Shown here: positions 57,606-64,000 of the stretch, in pieces
Position numbering within the stretch: the stretch's first letter is position 1
Layout: the number at the start of each line of letters is the position of its first letter
Assembly: GCA_012295275.1 (NCBI GenBank)
Contig: CM022672.1
Span: forward strand, 1,364,001-1,428,000
Origin: Chrysomallon squamiferum
Taxonomy: Eukaryota > Animalia > Mollusca
Direction of reading: 5' to 3'
DNA: 64,000 nucleotides
Program-made: the position numbers and the translations under genes
Notes under the pieces: model-generated
Told to the model about the DNA's origin: nothing
The model's database searches: none
The model's input: only the letters and a program-made list of their open reading frames with translations

Positions 57606-60505
57606 GAATTGTAATAGTAGTTTTTACTGTAATTAGATGATGATGATAATTAGAATAATAATAATAATAATAATAACAACGATGATGATGACGATGATAA
57701 TAATAACAATAACAACGATGATGATAATAATAATTATAGTGATGTTAATGATAAAGATAATGATGATGATGATGATAACTATAATAATAATAATAATACA
57801 AAAACAACAGCGATGATTATTGATAATAATAATTATAATAATAATAATAATAATAACAATAACAATAATAACAATAATAATAATAATAATAATAATTTAA
57901 AATGCAGCGTTACCTTTGTAACAGAATTTTGTGAAGAGTGTGCTGGTGGTGGAACGTTGTCGGTTGATTGTGGAGCTGTAGTAAGCGCTGTCTGTTGTGA
58001 AATGAAGATGACACTGTCTGACACTCTGCACCCAGGTCACTGCCCAGCATTCCATGTTGCTGCGTATCGCTGTGCTGCAGATTCTGGTGCAGTCTGCAGC
58101 GTTATCCTTGGTAATCATCACAGAATCTAGATCTTTAGCCTTTGTATTGGAGTTTTCCTCAAAATTGCATATACCTGAAAACAATTTTAAGAATGTAAAT
58201 GCGTTTGTGTTGGTTTGAGTCATTAACGAAAGCCTTGCTCATCATCCGTGGATTTCAATGCTATTATGTGTATATACACATATGTATTATAAACAGTCTG
58301 TACATTTTTTTTTTTTTTTTTTATTTTTTTTTTGAATTTCTTTTTCTTGTCAGTGACTAAACTGTTTTGTTCCTTGAGAGAGAAAAAGTTTCTATCTTCA
58401 TCAGTATTATTTTTGTTTATCGTATTCAAGATCTTACTTCGCTATTACTTACCTTCTCTGACTGGAACAGAAATGAAAACAGTAAAACTTAGAAAAGATT
58501 TCCATTCTGATCTGTACAATAACAGCACAATGATTATGATTATATTTAGCATGTAAAATTCGATTTTCATTATTTTAAAAATGATTTTTTTTTAACTTTT
58601 TGTTTCGTTATTACCATTTTTTTTTTTTTTTTTTTTAAACTATAATTATTATTTTTGTTGGTGTTATTGTTGTTTATTTGTTGTTTGAGTGTTTGTTTTG
58701 TTTTGTTTCGTTTTCTTTATTGTTGATGGTATTGTTTTGATTTTTCCACCTCTCTTTTTGTTTTTTTATACATTTTCAACGTTTCGGAATCGATTTATTT
58801 TTGTATCATACTATACTGAGAATACATTTCGTGATAATTTCTTTTGTACAGCTTCTACTATAAGAATTCTATGTAATTATTTGTTCATTGATCTATTAAC
58901 TATAATAGACCCGAAAAACTAAACGCATATTTATGTACACAGTGTCATAAATTCACATATTTACAAACATATACGTATTCCTAATACATAGACACGAATT
59001 CTGCCCTCTTCATCTATGATATTCTATTAGAGATTTAGCAAATAAACCTACTTTGATTTGATTTTCGAATTAAAGGGACACCACTTAATAATCATTTATA
59101 ACCGAATCAGGTAGGTGATCCTACGTTTTCTTTTACTTCTGTTTACCCAGTCTGAATCTAACGCGTTCCCCATGCAGATAAGCACTGGATCATTTTAGGA
59201 TCATTAAACTATGTGGCTAACTGGTTAGGATAGTCTAAAGAACGAAAAGGAGCATATTAGATGTGAAACTGGATCCAATGGGATACTGTCCGTTACTTGT
59301 AAATTAGTAAATATGGCCGTGTGAAAATGTGAAAATATTTGTATGTCTGGATAATTTCACCAATATTCACGTTCACATAGCATAAAAGTATATATTCGTG
59401 TTTTATAAAACGATATATTTAATTTATGGTTAGCGATTCTGTTGCAGTTCTTTTGTAGCACAACTCCACATTTTGTCTCACTTAGAAATGTAGACATCAG
59501 ATTCAGAAACCAACACAAATCGAAATACGGAAACAGATTAATTTTAGATGAAATACATACATACTAATGATGTAATTAATTTGTAACACAGTATTTAAAA
59601 AAAATATAAGATACTTAATATGATGTATGTATGCATGTATGTATGTATGTATGTATGTATGTATGTATGTATGTATGTATGTATGTATGTATGTATGTAT
59701 GTATGTATGTGTATATATGTATGAATGTATATAGTTATGAATATATATGCATGCATACACTTAAGACACCGGAAAGAAAAGTACCAGTCACAATTCAGTA
59801 CAATTTTATCCTACCTCCAACGTATTCGCAGATGAATTTCCTAGATTCTGAACAATCTAAGACATCTAGATTTCCGTAAATAATTCCTGTAGACAACTCC
59901 ACACATCTATTGTCATTCGTGTTTCCACTTGCAAGCAAGCCGTCATACCGACTGCAGTCATCCCAGTAGTACTTCGAGTCCTCATCCACGTGCAAGCCAA
60001 CCCAGACAAAGCTGCTAAAGAAGCAGAAGACGAACGAAAAAAGAAATAGTCTTAATTCATTGTGCGCCATCAGTTCAGGGTGTTATCCTAATTACATATA
60101 TTAACTGATAAACTTCAAATTAAAAATAAAAACGTGTTAATGCATTTTTTTTTATATTTTATTTTTATTTTTTTTAATTAATTTAATTCTAATTAACAAA
60201 AAGAACAAAAGAATGAATACTTTAACTGTGACGGTTATTAATGTGACATCGCGCGATTTTTTGTTTTTCTTTCTAAAATCATGTTGCTTAGTTAACTGAA
60301 AAAAAAGAAAAATTCACTCACTGTTCGGTGATCTGACGCCATGGATCTGCTTTTAAGAATGACGTAACTACGTCTTTTTCCTTGTCGTTCGAAATCTTCA
60401 GAAGACGGCCACCCGTCGTTTGACAGATGAAGTGGGCGCCGATCCAGCTGGTTGTCTGCCGGAACAGCGTCATCGTCTTCAGAGACGAAGGGATTCCACG
60501 CGTTC
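52759..60505 (-). CDS. Multi-exon gene: predicted type-I membrane protein, (CTLD-PAN/apple-linker)x2 + mucin-like stalk + TM; 5' end incomplete
   Basis: Segments from 60505 down to 54253 join in frame with AG acceptors and GT donors (one GC) and consistent phases. They translate to two CTLDs and two PAN-like Cys patterns. They are followed by the 285-aa ORF 52759-53616 (stalk, TM, stop). The junction into the last exon and the start codon are unresolved. Confidence 0.88.
53201..53332 (-). repeat. Coding 39-bp tandem repeat ([13 protein letters not shown], about 3 copies) in the stalk
   Basis: GGTGTTCCTGGTGTTACTGACGATG recurs with a 39-bp period on the + strand. Confidence 0.85.
54253..54306 (-). 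CDS. Exon: linker 2 ([18 protein letters not shown])
   Basis: Acceptor ttacgtttcTAG, donor TTG|GTAAGA; 54 nt, open, phase 1-1. Confidence 0.72.
54517..54780 (-). CDS. Exon: PAN/apple domain 2 (GSCSY...[17 protein letters not shown]...KCYLH...ITCAY)
   Basis: Acceptor ttcgttctAAG, donor ACG|GTAGGT; 264 nt, open, phase 1-1; CxxxC...CxGFSY...CYL PAN signature. Not listed in the ORF track. Confidence 0.9.
55236..55598. repeat. Intronic (AAT)n/(GAT)n tract
   Basis: Direct reading; begins a few nt inside the intron after the second CTLD2 exon. Confidence 0.95.
55605..55810 (-). CDS. Exon: CTLD2 C-terminal half (VPRFWIGL...WAPGEPS...KCV...[18 protein letters not shown])
   Basis: Acceptor ttgttatcAAG; probable GC donor ATG|GCAAGC at 55604; WIGL, WxxGEP and C...W...C...YVC CTLD hallmarks; phase 2 in / 1 out. 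Confidence 0.88.
56512..56641 (-). CDS. Exon: CTLD2 N-terminal half ([44 protein letters not shown])
   Basis: Acceptor tttatttCAG, donor AC|GTAAGT; 130 nt, phase 1 in / 2 out; [10 protein letters not shown] is a classic CTLD N-terminal motif. Not listed in the ORF track. Confidence 0.9.
56648..57262. repeat. Intronic minisatellite (36-42 bp units, about 16 copies)
   Basis: Core TTAATATACTTCAAAACACAG(ACAG)AATAAATGTTACACACA repeated; fills most of the intron between linker 1 and CTLD2. Confidence 0.93.
57366..57461 (-). CDS. Exon: linker 1 ([32 protein letters not shown])
   Basis: Acceptor taatttTAG, donor CAG|GTTAGA; 96 nt, open, phase 1-1; unique-sequence island between repeats. In-frame alternative acceptors would start the exon at 57452 or 57443. 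Confidence 0.7.
57914..58174 (-). CDS. Exon: PAN/apple domain 1 (GICNF...DCTRIC...ECWAVTW...QCHLH...FCYK)
   Basis: Acceptor ttgttttCAG, donor AAG|GTAACG; 261 nt, phase 1-1; six Cys in the C...CxxxC...C...C...C arrangement of PAN/apple domains. Confidence 0.87.
58453..58461 (-). CDS. Candidate 9-nt micro-exon (TCAGAGAAG; adds V-R-E)
   Basis: Long pyrimidine tract ttttactgttttcatttctgttcCAG followed after only 9 nt by AAG|GTAAGT; frame-preserving, phase 1-1. Confidence 0.6.
59624..59710. repeat. Intronic (TATG)n microsatellite
   Basis: Direct reading. Confidence 0.95.
59815..60011 (-). CDS. Exon: CTLD1 C-terminal half (FVWVGL...YYWDDC...RCV...[14 protein letters not shown])
   Basis: Tandem TAGCAG acceptor (start 60014 or 60011), donor G|GTAGGA; phase 2 in / 1 out; WVGL, WxD and C...C...FICE CTLD hallmarks. 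Confidence 0.9.
60322..60505 (-). CDS. Exon: CTLD1 N-terminal half ([47 protein letters not shown]...ITE)
   Basis: Acceptor tttattttCAG (60506-60508), donor CA|GTGAGT; 184 nt, phase 1 in / 2 out; W-x2-A-x3-C-x3-GG-x-L-x2-I pattern typical of a CTLD N-terminus. Confidence 0.88.
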
Positions 60506-62867
60506 CTGAAAATAAAGCAAAAATAGAAATACTCAACTTATTACATTACTGGCCTTATCGACGTATGCTGTACTTCGTGCAAGTCACGCTTCAGAAACGT
60601 CAGGTCGCCAGGTTTGTTTATCACCATACTGATCTATCTGATATAGTTGGTACCAAAATAAATTTTAAATAAATCGTGGTAGATGCTATCCTGCTGATGA
60701 CAAGGGTAAGTGTAAGACATACTGGATTGACTTGACGAAGGAGCAAGCCCTGAATGCTTCTGTCTCGCACTACCGACGTAAAACGAGATTTTAATACTCA
60801 CCGTTAACATGGGCTGAAGTGTAGTTATTATTCAGTCACTTATTCTTTACAAACCACTACACACATAGCCTATTATTCATAATATTCAGATATCAACATC
60901 CACGGAAATAATGAATATATCTGAGCATATGGTCCTGAACGGTGATCGAAAATATTATTTCACTTAGTTTTTCTCCTTGTTCTTTCAATTTTTTTTTTTG
61001 TTTGTTTGTTTCTTTACATTCTATGCATTATCATTAAAAACTATTTTTAAAAATCATTATTGTGAATGTATCGTATTACAATTAATATAAAGGACATACA
61101 GTTACTGCACATACATCTACTATTTATTGTTGATTGTGAAATGTATCTGCCCTGTGGGACTTGATCGTTGGTTTGTTGAAGCAGAAGCTGCATTAATAAT
61201 CGTTATGGTAGTTGTATACTTGTAGAAACAACATTAACGGATAATGAAAAAGCAGAAGCAGAGTTATATTAGTATTAGTAGCATTAGTTGTAGAAGTAAT
61301 AGCAGTAGCAGCAGCAGTAGCTGTCGCAGCACTTTTAATTATTAATAATAGTAACTGTAGCAGTGTAGTACTGGTAGCCTTTGTTACTGAGTAGTAGCAC
61401 TTCAAAGTCAAAACATAAACGCATTTATATGTCCTCCAAAACCACACATATCATACGCCATCGCGTTTAACATTTTCTGGCCATAAACTGGAAAATTCAG
61501 AGTACCATATTAAGCCAAATAGTACCCTGTTACAGTAATTTATTGTGTAACATGCTATGACAAACCACAGTGGGCCATTTCAGGTTATAGCACAGGATAC
61601 AACTGAATCACAGATTACATTAAGCGAGAGCATAAAAAGCCGTTCCGCAGGATAGATATAAAAAGATTCTATAATCTATATCATAATTTTCTTACCAATA
61701 CTACACCATGACAAATTATATAATTTTGTAAACTGTAGAGTATAAAGACTAGTATAATTAACAGGAAATACAAAAGAACAAGAAAAAAATAGAAATATAA
61801 CAGAAAAATAGATATAATTTTAGAAATTAAAGAGAGAAAAATAACAGGATATACAGTTTTATTAACATGAATACGTTTTACCACAGAAATATCAAGTCAT
61901 AGCTATAGATTTTCTTTTTGTGATTTTTTATTTTATTTTTTTCTCTAGAAAGGTTTTCACGAAAACAAGAAACTTTCAAATTCTGAATCAACAACAGCGT
62001 GCAGTGTTAATCCGGGTAATTTAAAACTCTTCACTACATTTATTTATCTCTTAAATAAAACAACCTATTAATGCCCGATGGTGCTGGATTCGCTCTCAAC
62101 TAGATGAAAGCAACTTTCCGTTCTGGTTGAAAACTTCCACATATCTGAAGGCATTAATCAATTACAGTGTCAGAGATTGTTTCACTGAGACAGAGTTGTG
62201 CAACTGCTATAAGAAAAGACTGCACACGTCAAGTTAATCTTAGTTTTTGTGTGATTGAAAATTTATAACAATTCAAATTTTTTTTTTTTTCACGTGTGTA
62301 CTCTGAAATGTAGTTAGAAAAAAGTAAAGTGGCAAAAACAGTCGTAAAAAGGCTAACAACAACAAATTGATGACAATAATGTTTGTGTATGTGTTATGTA
62401 TGTACATTTGTTTATATATGTATGTATTTATGTTTGCATGTATATGTGTATATATATATGTGTGTGTGTATGTGTGTTTGTGTATAGATGTGTATATATT
62501 TATATATATATGTATGTATACATATATTTATATATGTTTGCTTGTGTGAATGCATGCATGTATGTATGTATGTATGTATGTATGTATGTATGTATGTATG
62601 TATCTGTACTTTTATAATAGTACGACATTGATTTTCGCTGCCACTGTTTGTTTGATTTACGTGGTTTTATTGTCGGAAAAGCTGACAAACAAATTACAAT
62701 TGCAGTGATGACGCTATATTAGAGAGGTAAAAACACTATCAGCTGAATCGAGCTATAAATAATTCAGAAAAGCGATATTTTGTTAGCCATAGCTGTCCTT
62801 TATCTCATCACATTTACATTTAATTATTCATAACTACAGAAAGAAACAAAACAACAACAGCAAACAT

Positions 62868-62957
62868 ACAAATGTATCTCACACAAGTGACATTAGGAAA
62901 CAAATCCAACAAAATTACACACAAATGTATCTCACACAAGTGACATTAGGAAACAAA
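62868..62957. repeat. 37-bp exact direct repeat (53-bp period)
   Basis: ACAAATGTATCTCACACAAGTGACATTAGGAAACAAA at 62868-62904 and 62921-62957. Confidence 0.9.
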
Positions 62958-63030
62958 AGTTATAATAAATTATATGCAGTAATACTAGCAACTACAACGA
63001 CAACAGCAAAATAATAATAATAATAATTTT

Positions 63031-63039
63031 TATTATTAT

Positions 63040-63090
<51 letters not shown>

Positions 63091-63113
63091 CACTACTACT
63101 ACTACTACTACAC

Positions 63114-63161
<48 letters not shown>
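63031..63161. repeat. (CTA)n/(ATT)n compound microsatellite
   Basis: Direct reading. Confidence 0.95.
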
Positions 63162-63166
<5 letters not shown>

Positions 63167-63659
63167 TACTAACCTTTAAACAATTCAAAATCAGAAGACG
63201 TTAGACATCATCGTGCATTAATGATAATCACGTTACCATGAGAATGTTATTACGTAATGTTTATTACGTCATAATATTGTAAAATTTCACTTGTAACTTG
63301 GCCGATACAGTTTTCTACAACATAGAACTGAAACAACAGTTCTGACCATTTTCAACACAAGGTGTGAGTAGTTGTAGTAGTACTATTGTTTGTTGCTGTT
63401 GTAGTTGTAGTGGCAGTCGTAGCTTGGTATTTATAATAGTACTTGTGGTAACAGAAGTAGTAATATTATTAGAAGCAGTAGCATCAACGGTAGAATAGTG
63501 GTTGTTGTAGTACTAATAGCAGTGACATTCTAGTAGCAGTATTAGTAGTAACAGTAGCAGACTAGTACTAGTAGTAGTTGATTATTAATATAGTGTTAAT
63601 AGTGGGGGGAAAAACAGTACGATCAGCAGCAGTGATAACAGTTGTAGTGATGTTGTACC

Positions 63660-63682
63660 GGTAGTGGTAATAGTGGTGGTAA

Positions 63683-63748
<66 letters not shown>

Positions 63749-64000
63749 TAGTAGTAGTAGTAGTAGTAGTAGTAATAGTAGTTATAGTAGTTGTAGTAGT
63801 AATAGTAGCAGTTGTAGTAGTAGTAGTGGTTGTTATAGTAGTAGTAGTTGTTGTAGTAGTAGTAGTAGCGGTAGTAGTAGTAGTTGTAATAGTAGTAGTA
63901 GTAGTTGTAGTAGTAATAGTAGCAGTTGTAGTAGTAGTAGTGGTTGTTATAGTAGTAGTAGTAGTTGTTGTTGTTGTAGTTGTAGTAATAGTAGTAGTAG
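63660..64000. repeat. (GTA)n degenerate tract running off the window
   Basis: Direct reading. Confidence 0.95.

Noticed and set aside
59070-59085. TTAAAGGGACA as a Kolobok-like transposon end
   Set aside because: No matching inverted terminus was found in the window.

Overview
AT-rich, microsatellite-dense eukaryotic (animal) genomic DNA. A mollusc is likely, judged from a recalled C-terminal protein motif; this is inference. Nearly all ORF-track entries are simple-repeat artefacts (poly-YVCM, HTYI, poly-I/L/N, ERER). The only well-supported gene is a spliced minus-strand gene at about 52759-60505, rebuilt here exon by exon from splice signals and reading phase. It encodes a predicted type-I membrane protein of roughly 750 aa: C-type lectin domain (CTLD), PAN/apple, linker, second CTLD, second PAN/apple, linker, Ser/Thr/Pro mucin-like stalk, CxCxC plus an 'SAKDSRPSA' juxtamembrane motif, transmembrane helix, short tail. 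It has a candidate 9-nt micro-exon, a NAGNAG acceptor, a probable GC donor, and an unresolved last junction that could give soluble versus membrane isoforms. Its start/signal-peptide exon could not be located. The first ~52 kb has no recognisable coding sequence. It holds two 2-2.4 kb minisatellite arrays (one with higher-order structure), short dispersed repeats, a degenerate tRNA-like SINE head and several high-complexity islands that may be regulatory. No prokaryotic features or CRISPR arrays are present.
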